Source of the DNA: an uncultured virus (IMG/VR IMGVR_UViG_3300010354_009789)
Lineage: Duplodnaviria > Heunggongvirae > Uroviricota > Caudoviricetes
IMG/VR virus record: IMGVR_UViG_3300010354_009789
DNA: 64,000 nucleotides
Reading direction: 5' to 3' (one strand)
Shown: in pieces, positions 29,139-39,583 of the stretch
How the letters are laid out: the number at the start of each line of letters is the position of its first letter
How positions within the stretch are numbered: the first letter of the stretch is position 1
Notes under the pieces: model-generated
Told to the model about the DNA's origin: nothing
Databases searched by the model: none
What the model saw: only the letters and a program-made list of their open reading frames with translations
Made by a program: the position numbers and the translations under genes

Positions 29139-30536
29139 TTAAGGCATACCAAATGGATTTTCCTCAGAAAAATCTATAATACCGGCAGATTCGGTTTGGA
29201 ATTCATGATTTTGCGTATAAGGATCTGATATGTCATCTTTATCATTGTCAAAGAAGATCGTAAACGATGCATTAGATGTTTGTCCAACAATTTGCTCACC
29301 CTCAATAAATTCCCCAGAAATAATAGCAACTTCAAGAGATCCTGTTGTTACATCATAACTTCTGACTCTTGCCGTGGTGGAGCTGCTACTTCCAACAACT
29401 ACCTCATTAAAGGTATATGTTCCTATCCCACTTACACTTGGACTAGTAAGAGTGATCGTTGGTGGAGAAGTGTATCCAGAACCACCATCAATAACTCTAA
29501 TTGCTGTTACATTACCAGTGGTGCTATTGATATACGCCACTCCACGTGCAGTAATTCCTGCGCCAGGAGAACTAAATGTGACAGTTGGTGGATGAATATA
29601 TCCAGAACCTGCATTTGTGACTGTAATTACGCCAACTGTTCCATTAGCAACTGTGGCGGTTGATATTGCCCCCGCACCTCCACCACCAAGAATAATTACA
29701 GTTGGTGGCTTTGCTGGTGATAAAGAGTATCCGCTGCCGGCATTTACTAATTCAATTCCTTGAACTCTACCCGATTCCAGACCATCACAATCAACCAAAC
29801 CATCTATCAAAGTTGCAATACCAACAGCAGTTCTACCACCGATAGTTGGTGATGATGATATTGCAACTGTTGGTGGGTTTTTATAATCATGCCCTCGATT
29901 GCTAAGTGTGAAAAGGCGAATACCTCCATTGACAATACTTGCAGTTGCTACTGCGGTTGTTCCAATACCAATTAGTTTTAGAGTCTGAATAAATCCAGAT
30001 TCAATGGCACTATCATCAATCTCTTCAATGGACGTATCTATGACTTCATCTTGATATCTGAACAGTTCACATCTCAACTCATATGTATAATTTCCTTTTA
30101 ATTGATAGAACGGTTTTTCGTGCTCAACAAATTTAATTTCAAATAATCTATCTCCAAGTGGGAAATAAATTAAATCACCTTCTTTTGGTCTTGATGATTC
30201 TTTAATGCCTGGGGTGCCCGTGATTAGTGGAGAAATATAAGATTCAAATCTCTCTCTAGAGATTTCAATAACAAGTTCATTTAATGCCTGAATACCAAAC
30301 TTGGATAGAATTTGGGTATTCTCCCCATATCCATCATAGTTTACCAAGTATGCTTCTATTGGGTATGCGTTATTGAATTTAGATTCAATAACCTCCTCAA
30401 TAATTGAATTTTGGGTTATATATTGGCGTGGAATATAATGCACCTCGACGCCATAGATCCTCAGATGCTCATTAATGAGATCCTGAATCAATCCCTGCTC
30501 ACCGGCAGATCCTTGTAGAAAAAATGGATTAAGCAT
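29139..30536 (-). CDS. g14: Neck protein with internal GSGY-repeat insertion
   Basis: RPKEGDLIYFP, FEIKFVEHE.PFYQL, FSEENPFG. Confidence 0.93.
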   Translation of the reverse strand: MLNPFFLQGSAGEQGLIQDLINEHLRIYGVEVHYIPRQYITQNSIIEEVIESKFNNAYPIEAYLVNYDGYGENTQILSKFGIQALNELVIEISRERFESYISPLITGTPGIKESSRPKEGDLIYFPLGDRLFEIKFVEHEKPFYQLKGNYTYELRCELFRYQDEVIDTSIEEIDDSAIESGFIQTLKLIGIGTTAVATASIVNGGIRLFTLSNRGHDYKNPPTVAISSSPTIGGRTAVGIATLIDGLVDCDGLESGRVQGIELVNAGSGYSLSPAKPPTVIILGGGGAGAISTATVANGTVGVITVTNAGSGYIHPPTVTFSSPGAGITARGVAYINSTTGNVTAIRVIDGGSGYTSPPTITLTSPSVSGIGTYTFNEVVVGSSSSTTARVRSYDVTTGSLEVAIISGEFIEGEQIVGQTSNASFTIFFDNDKDDISDPYTQNHEFQTESAGIIDFSEENPFGMP

Positions 30537-30540
30537 ATTA

Positions 30541-31368
30541 TTAACCGATCATATCCAGAGGTGGAAGTTCATATGTGCTAGACATCTTATCCATGATCAT
30601 ATCTATTTCTCTCTGTGCATCATCATATAATTGGCGACCATTTAGTTCAACTCCTCCAGGAAGTTTTACTCCTTGGAATTTAATTAGATTCTGCCCCCAC
30701 TGTCGTTTGATTAGAGCAGTTAAATACAACTTAAGGAATGAATCATTCCACACTCTTGCATAATCATTTGGATTGAGAACCTTATATGTGTCAAAAATAA
30801 AAAACTGTCCGGCAGACACAGAAGACCAGTCAATATCTAGATACAATCTATCCATCCTCTTATTGAATCTAATTTGCTTCTGTGTGGTGAGAAGAAAATC
30901 AATGTCTTCCAGATACGTCTTTGTCATTGCATAGGAGAGCATTTCAATTGCTCCCCAATAATAAACATCATTTAGAAAAAGTTGATACTTAACACTAAAC
31001 ATGTTGCGTGAGATGGAATTAGTCCCCTCAAAAGTAAAAACTTTTGTAACACCGATCACATCTGGAGGTATTTGTAAATAATTTCCAGTTTCATTGAAAT
31101 TGAATGCAGTTGTTAATCCCACATTATGACTTACTGTGGTTGTTGTGATTCCAACTTTCTGTTGGCCACGATCGATATCATCCTGAGTAATTTGATACTT
31201 CAGGAATACTTGAGAAACCCCATCAAAATGACGTTCTTGAAAAAATTGAATAGCATCATCTACCAAGTCATCTATTTGCTCATCGGCAACATTAATTTCT
31301 AGGACAGGAGCTCCTAATTTTCTCTTGCAATAATCAACTAGTTCTTGTCTGGTAGATGGTTGTGCCAT
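30541..31368 (-). CDS. g13: Neck protein
   Basis: LGAPVLEINV, KRQWGQNLIKF.GV.LPGG. Confidence 0.95.
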   Translation of the reverse strand: MAQPSTRQELVDYCKRKLGAPVLEINVADEQIDDLVDDAIQFFQERHFDGVSQVFLKYQITQDDIDRGQQKVGITTTTVSHNVGLTTAFNFNETGNYLQIPPDVIGVTKVFTFEGTNSISRNMFSVKYQLFLNDVYYWGAIEMLSYAMTKTYLEDIDFLLTTQKQIRFNKRMDRLYLDIDWSSVSAGQFFIFDTYKVLNPNDYARVWNDSFLKLYLTALIKRQWGQNLIKFQGVKLPGGVELNGRQLYDDAQREIDMIMDKMSSTYELPPLDMIG

Positions 31369-31571
31369 TATTCTTCAGGACCTAGGAAGTGGGAAAGTGG
31401 AGTTTGAGATAGAAGTTCTTGTTGAGCTATGTATAATTTTATCGCGTTTTTAGCAACAATTCTAAGAGTCTCAAGATCCTCAATACTATCTATACTTCTT
31501 GACATCTTTTCATATTCAAAAAGATTGCTAAGACAAGATAATTCAATTTCAACTGGTTGAACCATTTGCAA
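31368..31571 (-). CDS. Hypothetical protein
   Basis: 67-aa ORF coupled to g13; FEYEKMSR motif. Confidence 0.7.
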   Translation of the reverse strand: MQMVQPVEIELSCLSNLFEYEKMSRSIDSIEDLETLRIVAKNAIKLYIAQQELLSQTPLSHFLGPEE

Positions 31572-31779
31572 TGCTCCTCAAAAGATTTTTAATATCATTA
31601 AGATCATTCTTTATGGAGGAAATTTCTTCCTCCATATTTTTTATTTTTTGTGCATCTTTATGTCTGGTTTGATACGACGCAACATATTTATTGTATCCAT
31701 CGATATCAGTATTCACTAAACCATTGGAATAAGTATCCCTAACTAAATGATCTCTATCCTTTACTTTAATATATTCCAT
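31549..31779 (-). CDS. Small coiled-coil hypothetical protein
   Basis: MEYIKVKDRDHLVRD... start chosen at ATG 31779. Confidence 0.7.
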   Translation of the reverse strand: MEYIKVKDRDHLVRDTYSNGLVNTDIDGYNKYVASYQTRHKDAQKIKNMEEEISSIKNDLNDIKNLLRSIANGSTS

Positions 31780-31786
31780 TTTGTTA

Positions 31787-34700
31787 CTATGCCGTTGGTC
31801 TGAGAGTAGCAATTGCCCTTAAATCTTTGAGAATTGGAGGTGTTGCCTGATTTTCAGATGCCATTACAATTTTAATAGCAAATCCATTGAAATCTGGCAG
31901 ATCATCAACTGAATACTCATAATCTTTAAATGATCTATCGGAAGATTCTGTGATATTTGAATCAGCAGATCCATCATTTCTGGATGCATCAATAACTCTC
32001 TTAATTCCATCCCCATCAATTTGATAATTTAAATATCCTGGGAAAAGTTCATAATTTTGAGAAGCTTCTGGAGCATCATCTCTGAACAATTGATATAAAA
32101 CGCGAACGTCATTCATATCATTTCTACTAGCAGTCAGAAGAACTTTCAGGGAATTGGCTGGAAGCTTGAGTCTGACTGGTTTGGAGATATAGATCGCAGA
32201 GTGCTTATCTTTATCTAGTGACCTTACGGTATCATCATCTGCATAAGTTGCATCATCTCCAATACCAAGTGGATTATTGATCAAGTTTGTTGTCAAAATT
32301 GCAGCAGTTTGTATAGTATCGATTACAGGAGATACTCTATCATCACTTGTTTTTAATAAAAATTCAAACGATAAGGAACGCTTTCCTGGTGAATTTGTAA
32401 TAAACCTTTCCTCATTGACTCTAGAGCATAGTAATCTTGGTTTAGAGAAATATGTTGAGTCGTCTAGAGAAATGTCAATAAATCCATCATCCTCAAAGGA
32501 CTTTTCTTCACCACCAACGCTAGTTCCAGTAAATGTACGAAGTCTAGTAATCAGATTTGTTTTTGCTGGAATAATGGTAGCAACGTTGGGAGTAATCATT
32601 TCATATTGAATATTATTCGTTAGAACAGTTCCAGATCTTCCGCCTTGAATTGTGGACTTCCAATATAAATCTGTTCTATTTGATCCAATACCAACACCTT
32701 CGAAATCAGTAGCGCCCGTATCAATCTTAATATGATAACTATTTAAATCAATTGGATGATTATTGCTTACTTGAGCAAAATTGTGAACTTTATTCAATCT
32801 ACGAATTGAAATTCCATTAAACTCATACTTGTATACTGGAGCACCAATAGCGTATGATTGTGCCTGAGATCCGTCTACAGATGGACCCCTTGCAATACCA
32901 GTTAGTTTCCCACCACTTGCCCCGGTATACTTAATCACTTCATTTCCAATTTGAACATATCCTGGATTTGCAGCTGAAACTGACAATCCCTCAAATGTAT
33001 CAAATCCGATTGTTGATGCAATTGAAATACTAGTCGCTTCAGATGATGTTACAACTTGCGTTGTAGTGGTATTGGTTTCATTCAGAGGTGGTCTAAACTC
33101 TGATATTTGTACATAGTTTTCAGTTGAGTGCATCATGTGATTTGCATGGAATACCTTCATATGACGACCATCATAATATTGATCTTCGGTAATTGTTCTA
33201 ATAGTTACGCCTGCGCCAACAATAGTAGATATTCCAGAAGAATTTTTGTATCTAAGTGTTGTTACACCAACGGCGAACGTTCCTTGAACCTCATCGAGTA
33301 GGAATGAGTTGTTTGATGCAATTGTTTTAACGACAACTCGACCACCATATCCAACGTTCTGTCCTAATGACGGAACAAGAAGAGAATCTCCAACTTGATA
33401 TCCATGTCCAGGATTGACAATAGTAACACTATTGATCTCATTTGAACTCACTACAACATTTGCAGTTGCTCCTTGACCATATCCAGTTTCTGTAACTAGT
33501 GATATGCTACTAAATGTTCCATTTGTATATCCTGTTCCAGCATTTACTACTGTAACACCTGTTCCAGTTGTGATCGATCCAGCAACACCAATTAGAACTC
33601 CTGATGCACTACCTTGAATAATATTCACTCCAGGAACAACATTGGCACTATATCCAGATGTCTCTGCAATACCAATTAGAATTCTCTTAGAAAGTGGTCG
33701 GAACTGGTTTGCACCAGTTACGGTGGTCAATTGACTCCTCAGATCAATCTTTGGATTGTAGAATCTGGTCAGACCTTCATCTACAAATTCAGCTCTATTA
33801 ATTTTATATTTCAGATCTTCCGCCTGTGCGGGCGACCAAGTTGATCCATTTTGTGACTTGAATAGACTTCCCAACGTCGGTTGTTGTGACATCTTAATTC
33901 CAGTCTTAATGTCCCTTCCACCAAGTTCACAGATAAACACTCTATAATTTGGACTATTTGATTGAAGGACAATTGCAAATTCTGATGTTTGCTGACTTCC
34001 AATCGGCGCCTGTCTTACGACTTGAGATCTTGGTCCTGGTAGATATACTGGAGATGGAAGCGTAAATCTAGTTGGAATGGATCCATCCGCACTAGTGTTG
34101 ACCTGATCTGGAATTAAAGTGACCTCAGAAAGTGGAATTACGACATTGCTAGGCACTCCCGCAATCATTGGACGCAGTTGGAATGTTACTGGAATTGTAT
34201 CATCTTTGGTTTCAAAGTATACATCAACTGACGTTATAAACACCCCAGTGTCATCTGGAATATAGAATGATTGTGCCAAAGGATCCCTTGTCTCCCAATT
34301 TGGTCTTGTTGGTTGAGTTGGGACTGGTTCATGCGTTGTTGTATTAGTAATTGTAGTTACATTACGTTTTCTTGCCGGAATAATCGTGACATTTCTTGTG
34401 GTAATAATATTTGTTTCGGTTACATTTGAAATACCACCCGACACATATTCTGCCTCAGCAGAACTTTCGCTTACTTTAGTATTACTAATGTACTCATCTC
34501 TTTCATTGATTAGATCCAGAGATGGAACATCAATTACCATAAAGGTATTTTCGCCATTAATCCACTGTGGATTGCCCTGAACCGCTGGATCTGGAATGAA
34601 TAGTGATCCAATCAATCTTCCACTATTATCAGAAATTAAACGAATATTACTCTTCACAACAGCAACTGCACCCGATGTTGCTCCAATTAACTTCATATTT

Positions 34701-37700
34701 GGCTTAACTAATCCATAATATTCAGTTTCCGATGGAAGTTGAAGAGCTCTTGTATCAACGTTTAAGAAAGTTGATGACTCACTATAATCAGATGGGGGAG
34801 TTGATTGTGTGTATGGAATTAATTTATAGGTTTCTGTTGGACTATTATGAGGTCCAACCTTATGATTCGGAGTGCAAAGACGGAAACGTATATCACCAGA
34901 TGTGAAGTGGGGATCAACAGTAACAGTTTCTCCAATTTTGAATCTACCAGACTCCATCTGAATTTCAAGAAGTTTTGGCGTAATATATTTGTTTACGTCA
35001 ATGCCCTCAAAGAATGAGTAGAATCTTGTTACTGGTCTTAGTCCCTTAACATCAAACTCAACGTTTCTGCTTCTAGCATATCTAATAATCTCAGTCCAAT
35101 GTGATGTTTGTTGCTCAACAGAATCTCTGACAATAATTTCTTGTGGAATTACAGTAGTTACTGTATTACTTGTAGTTCTCGTTGTTGTGGTTGTTTGTAC
35201 CTGCTCTCCTGGAATAGTCTCTGTAGTCCTGATGCTACCAATCCAAACTCTTTGATCTGAACCATTAGCAACGTCAACTGCAGTTGTAAATTCTGTAGTT
35301 CTGTTTCCTTCCTGAATAGTTCCAGTTTCTCTACCAACAAATGCTCTTTGATCACCGTTTCTAACATCAACACCTCTTCTACTGGTTATAGTTCCTCCTG
35401 TTGGTGGGAGGTCGGTATTGGAGAATCCTGGTTCGGCGGCATTACCAGATCCAACAAGAACTCTTTGTGGGGGATTTTGAACATCAACTCCAGCCCATGT
35501 TTGCCTTCCTTGTCCAGTATTTGAAACTCTAGCTCCAACAACAACTCGTTGATCGCCATTTGTGACTACAATTCCCCAGAATTGTGATGTTGTTCTGGTT
35601 CTTGGTGGAGTTGTTCTAACCGGACCATCAACAACCACATTTTCGGTGATTGTTATGTTTTCATCTGGTAGAACTGTTGTTGTGGTTACTTGATTAAATG
35701 TGTGTCTGACCAGCTCACGCTCTTCTACCCAAATATCAATAGGGGGATGAAGTTCGATAAATCCTTCCCAATACCTAACCAAGAATGGAGTGACACTTTC
35801 AGTCTTCGTTGCATATGGTTGCTCATAATACAACTTTTCTTGGTATGCAAGTGTAACCAAATCGCCAGTCTTTCTAATCTTAGTGGTTCCGAGATTAGTA
35901 ACAAAGCTATGATCCAAATCGGGATTATAAACAGTAGTCACTCCATCAATAACTTCAGAACCAATTTGAAGTTCAACGCACGTTGTGTGATGATTTGGTC
36001 TCAAAGTAGCAGTTGTGGTATCAACTGTTGCTCTAAAATTGATATTATATTGATCTTGGAAATCATAATTATTAAAATTATCAACAAAGAAACCACACTT
36101 AAATCTATCGAGTCCAGTTTCTGCATCGCGAATCTGGAAATTCTCTGTCTTTTGCTCAAGCATATTGAGAGTTGTATATCTTTCAACTCTTTCAATTCTA
36201 TTTTCAAGTAAAGAAATATCGGACATACGATATCTCTTATGAACAGACATGTCAATGCCAATACTAGGAACATTATAAACAAATGGTGGAATATAGACAG
36301 TTGCAATATCCAATGCATTTGCCTTGAGTAGTGGCGGAACTGGTGTGTCTGATGGAGTTCCCTGAGACACCTCAAATGTTCCGTCTGGATTTAAAAATAC
36401 CCTATCAATTCTGCCAAGATAATACGTGATAGTAGTAACTAAAGTTTCATCTGGAGCAAGTATATACTTAGAATATTGTCCATCCGAAGCAAAATTTCTT
36501 GCACTAAATTCAAATGGTGATTTGGTACTTGATGTTGAGTATTCAGCGACACGTGGGCGAATATCAATGAAATCTGTCAGTCTTTCACCGTTCCACAAAT
36601 ATACATCGTGCTTATAATTTTCAGCAGAATAGCTATTTGCGGTAATAAACTCACCAGTATCATTGGAGTCAATAGTATAATTTTGGAATACAACCTTTAT
36701 CCTTCTTTTTGGTGCAATTACATTTTTCTTTCTAATAATTCTTCCATAATCATAGATAGTATCTCTCTGACCAGTATCTGCTGAGAAATTTTTAGTTATG
36801 TTTTTGGATCCAGCACTAATTGCCACTACGGTTGCTTGAGTTGTGCTCTCTCTTCCCTTGATAACTTCATCTACACTAAATCTAAAGCTATTTAAGTACA
36901 CATACTCTAATTTATCAGTGTCTCTTTTGGCGACAATGATTGCAGTGGCTCCAGTGGATGATCCAGTAATCCACTCACCAATTGTAAAATCTACGTTATT
37001 GTTGGTTGGGCCACTAAATGCAGATAATTGTAAATATGGAAGAGATGGATCTGATGTATCTTCTGATTCGTATATTGCCAGAACTCTTACAACATCAGGA
37101 ACATTCAGACAAATTTCATCATCTTGAACTCTAGTTCCATATACATTATTATAGGTCAATCCATCATTGAGAGTTGTGGTTCCAATTCCGGAAGATGCTT
37201 CTGATGATCTATTAATGACTAAGGTATTGACCTTTTGTAATTTTTTAGTCTTTGAATTTGGCTTTAAGTTTTTAACGGTCGTGATTACATCTGCAGTTCC
37301 ACTTGCAACAGTAAGTCCGTAGAAAGTCAAAACTTTTCCATTTGCAGAAAGATTAAATTTGTCCCTTCTCATAGGTTCAATTGAACCGTTTGAGTATGTG
37401 ATTACAAATCTATCTTCATCAAATGATTCAAAGTAAATATCAGTATCATTTGCATCAATTGTTATTGAAAGCGAGTTTCCAGATACAGAAATATTTGAAT
37501 ATAACCGTCTCTGTACGATCTCACCCTCTTCAATGCTCAAGGATACGACATTATTTGCACTCAATCTTGTGAGAAGAGATGATCTGTCTGAGACTGATGG
37601 TGCAATCTTAATTATATTCTGAATATTTCTTGTCGATGTTGGGAGAGTGCCGTTACATATTCCAGTTACTGTTGTTACACCAGTAACTGTGAATGAAGTT

Positions 37701-39577
37701 CCATCAGCGGCAATACTTGATACTTTATTATAGACAGGATCCCCGGTATACGTTGATGATGGATATGAGATGATATCGCCAATTTTAACTATATTTGTAA
37801 ATGTGTTTTCTAATCCAGATGAAATAGTTGATATATTTCCAACACCAAGTGTAACTTGGAATGTCGTTCCTGGCTTAGCAATATAACTTTTTTTACCAAG
37901 AACTAGATCTGCATTAAATGTAGAAATTCCACTCTTTCCATATACTGATTTTATATCATTGATACTATAATCAGTGGAAGTTGAAATTAATCTACCATTA
38001 TCAACACCATTAATGATAATTGATTCATTATCTAAAAATGCTCCATTTACCTGATAAAGTGTCAAATCTGTTGAGTTCGACACATTGCTCACCAAATATC
38101 CCCCAGCCCTACTCTTCTTTCCAACAATACGTGCTGGAGTAGATAAGGTAATCGGTGTAGTGAGACTTAGTTTTGTATATGTTTGTATGTCAATTAATCT
38201 TAGTTCAAGTCTACTTTTATCATCAACATAATCAGACTCTGGAACAAAATCAAATACTCTTGCAACGCCGATTGTGGTTCCAGTTGCAACATGTGCGGAT
38301 GCTCCAATCCGAGAATCCATCAAACTTACAGTCGCAGTTGTTCCTAATCCAACAGCAGGTGAACCATATGCATTATTCAGGATGAATAGATTTCCTGCAT
38401 TGAAATTTATCGCCTGATCCTTTACAGTCTTGGTAGTCCTTGTCTTTGGAACGTCAAGAAGGCGAGCAGAAATAGTTTCTACATCATATCCATTTACATA
38501 TGCCTTTCCTGGACCAATTTGATACACCATCTTATCTTCACTTGGTGTATTTCCATTGACAGTAGATTGCCCTTCAAAATAGATCCCATTAATTCTTGAT
38601 CTATCGTTAAGACTTTCCCTTACAATAAAGCTAAATGGCTTTACGAAATAATTTCCAGACTCATCAAATGTTCTTCTTGCAAGTTCATCTCTGATGAGGT
38701 TATATTGAGTATTTTTCTCAAAGAATGTTGGTTGGCCATTCTCCACACGCATAATCTCTACGAAATTATCCGTATCTAAATCAGTTAGTTCTTTTTTAGT
38801 TAATTCAAGATCGATCTTGAATCTATCTGCACCAGGAGCTGCATAATTGGAATATCCTTGTGCATTATCAAATAGTGAACTATCCTCTCCAGCAGTAACT
38901 ATAGATTCTATTACATTAAAACCAATCTTATAAGATGGTCTAGTTCCATATTGATCCAGAAGAATTCTTTGCTCCTCAACATTTGCAAAGAATCCTCTTA
39001 CAAAATAAATTCCATTTGCAACTACTACTGAAGAACCTTCAGAGGTTGCATTTGTGGAAATAGTATCACAAACTCCCTGTCCGGATGGAATTGAAAGGGA
39101 TCCATATGACAAAGTAGATTCCAACAGCAAAGTTTCGCCGCTGGTAAATACCTTCTCTGTAAAATCAGCACCACCACTCTCAAGATATCTAACATAGATC
39201 GTATAATTTCCCCTCTCAGAATCTGATGCCTTAAGAAGATATACTACTTCCGCAGAAACCCCACTAGTAGATCCCCTAATCTTTTTATTCAGAAGACTAT
39301 CAAAATAGAGTGAAATTGGGGTTCCATTATAAGTATCATTCAATTCTACAGCGTATATGGGATTATCATAACGCATTTGACCCGGAATTACAACTGACCC
39401 CTCCTTAAATAGGTGCTTTCCAACACTTTCAGTCTGATACTGCAAAACAGACTGCAGAGTTGTCAGTTCTCTAGCCTGAATGGGAACTCCAGGATTAAAA
39501 AGAACTTTATAATAATTTTTGCTGGGATCAAAATCGTCAAAATATGGCGAAATGTTGAGATTGGATTCTTGGGGCAT
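31787..39577 (-). CDS. Large virion structural protein (DUF4815/VrlC-like)
   Basis: 2596 aa; SPYFDDFD..KNYYKVLF.PG..IQARELT, APGADR, GFFVDNF, DPLAQSF, GSLFKSQN motifs. Confidence 0.88.
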   Translation of the reverse strand: MPQESNLNISPYFDDFDPSKNYYKVLFNPGVPIQARELTTLQSVLQYQTESVGKHLFKEGSVVIPGQMRYDNPIYAVELNDTYNGTPISLYFDSLLNKKIRGSTSGVSAEVVYLLKASDSERGNYTIYVRYLESGGADFTEKVFTSGETLLLESTLSYGSLSIPSGQGVCDTISTNATSEGSSVVVANGIYFVRGFFANVEEQRILLDQYGTRPSYKIGFNVIESIVTAGEDSSLFDNAQGYSNYAAPGADRFKIDLELTKKELTDLDTDNFVEIMRVENGQPTFFEKNTQYNLIRDELARRTFDESGNYFVKPFSFIVRESLNDRSRINGIYFEGQSTVNGNTPSEDKMVYQIGPGKAYVNGYDVETISARLLDVPKTRTTKTVKDQAINFNAGNLFILNNAYGSPAVGLGTTATVSLMDSRIGASAHVATGTTIGVARVFDFVPESDYVDDKSRLELRLIDIQTYTKLSLTTPITLSTPARIVGKKSRAGGYLVSNVSNSTDLTLYQVNGAFLDNESIIINGVDNGRLISTSTDYSINDIKSVYGKSGISTFNADLVLGKKSYIAKPGTTFQVTLGVGNISTISSGLENTFTNIVKIGDIISYPSSTYTGDPVYNKVSSIAADGTSFTVTGVTTVTGICNGTLPTSTRNIQNIIKIAPSVSDRSSLLTRLSANNVVSLSIEEGEIVQRRLYSNISVSGNSLSITIDANDTDIYFESFDEDRFVITYSNGSIEPMRRDKFNLSANGKVLTFYGLTVASGTADVITTVKNLKPNSKTKKLQKVNTLVINRSSEASSGIGTTTLNDGLTYNNVYGTRVQDDEICLNVPDVVRVLAIYESEDTSDPSLPYLQLSAFSGPTNNNVDFTIGEWITGSSTGATAIIVAKRDTDKLEYVYLNSFRFSVDEVIKGRESTTQATVVAISAGSKNITKNFSADTGQRDTIYDYGRIIRKKNVIAPKRRIKVVFQNYTIDSNDTGEFITANSYSAENYKHDVYLWNGERLTDFIDIRPRVAEYSTSSTKSPFEFSARNFASDGQYSKYILAPDETLVTTITYYLGRIDRVFLNPDGTFEVSQGTPSDTPVPPLLKANALDIATVYIPPFVYNVPSIGIDMSVHKRYRMSDISLLENRIERVERYTTLNMLEQKTENFQIRDAETGLDRFKCGFFVDNFNNYDFQDQYNINFRATVDTTTATLRPNHHTTCVELQIGSEVIDGVTTVYNPDLDHSFVTNLGTTKIRKTGDLVTLAYQEKLYYEQPYATKTESVTPFLVRYWEGFIELHPPIDIWVEERELVRHTFNQVTTTTVLPDENITITENVVVDGPVRTTPPRTRTTSQFWGIVVTNGDQRVVVGARVSNTGQGRQTWAGVDVQNPPQRVLVGSGNAAEPGFSNTDLPPTGGTITSRRGVDVRNGDQRAFVGRETGTIQEGNRTTEFTTAVDVANGSDQRVWIGSIRTTETIPGEQVQTTTTTRTTSNTVTTVIPQEIIVRDSVEQQTSHWTEIIRYARSRNVEFDVKGLRPVTRFYSFFEGIDVNKYITPKLLEIQMESGRFKIGETVTVDPHFTSGDIRFRLCTPNHKVGPHNSPTETYKLIPYTQSTPPSDYSESSTFLNVDTRALQLPSETEYYGLVKPNMKLIGATSGAVAVVKSNIRLISDNSGRLIGSLFIPDPAVQGNPQWINGENTFMVIDVPSLDLINERDEYISNTKVSESSAEAEYVSGGISNVTETNIITTRNVTIIPARKRNVTTITNTTTHEPVPTQPTRPNWETRDPLAQSFYIPDDTGVFITSVDVYFETKDDTIPVTFQLRPMIAGVPSNVVIPLSEVTLIPDQVNTSADGSIPTRFTLPSPVYLPGPRSQVVRQAPIGSQQTSEFAIVLQSNSPNYRVFICELGGRDIKTGIKMSQQPTLGSLFKSQNGSTWSPAQAEDLKYKINRAEFVDEGLTRFYNPKIDLRSQLTTVTGANQFRPLSKRILIGIAETSGYSANVVPGVNIIQGSASGVLIGVAGSITTGTGVTVVNAGTGYTNGTFSSISLVTETGYGQGATANVVVSSNEINSVTIVNPGHGYQVGDSLLVPSLGQNVGYGGRVVVKTIASNNSFLLDEVQGTFAVGVTTLRYKNSSGISTIVGAGVTIRTITEDQYYDGRHMKVFHANHMMHSTENYVQISEFRPPLNETNTTTTQVVTSSEATSISIASTIGFDTFEGLSVSAANPGYVQIGNEVIKYTGASGGKLTGIARGPSVDGSQAQSYAIGAPVYKYEFNGISIRRLNKVHNFAQVSNNHPIDLNSYHIKIDTGATDFEGVGIGSNRTDLYWKSTIQGGRSGTVLTNNIQYEMITPNVATIIPAKTNLITRLRTFTGTSVGGEEKSFEDDGFIDISLDDSTYFSKPRLLCSRVNEERFITNSPGKRSLSFEFLLKTSDDRVSPVIDTIQTAAILTTNLINNPLGIGDDATYADDDTVRSLDKDKHSAIYISKPVRLKLPANSLKVLLTASRNDMNDVRVLYQLFRDDAPEASQNYELFPGYLNYQIDGDGIKRVIDASRNDGSADSNITESSDRSFKDYEYSVDDLPDFNGFAIKIVMASENQATPPILKDLRAIATLRPTA

Positions 39578-39583
39578 GATACT

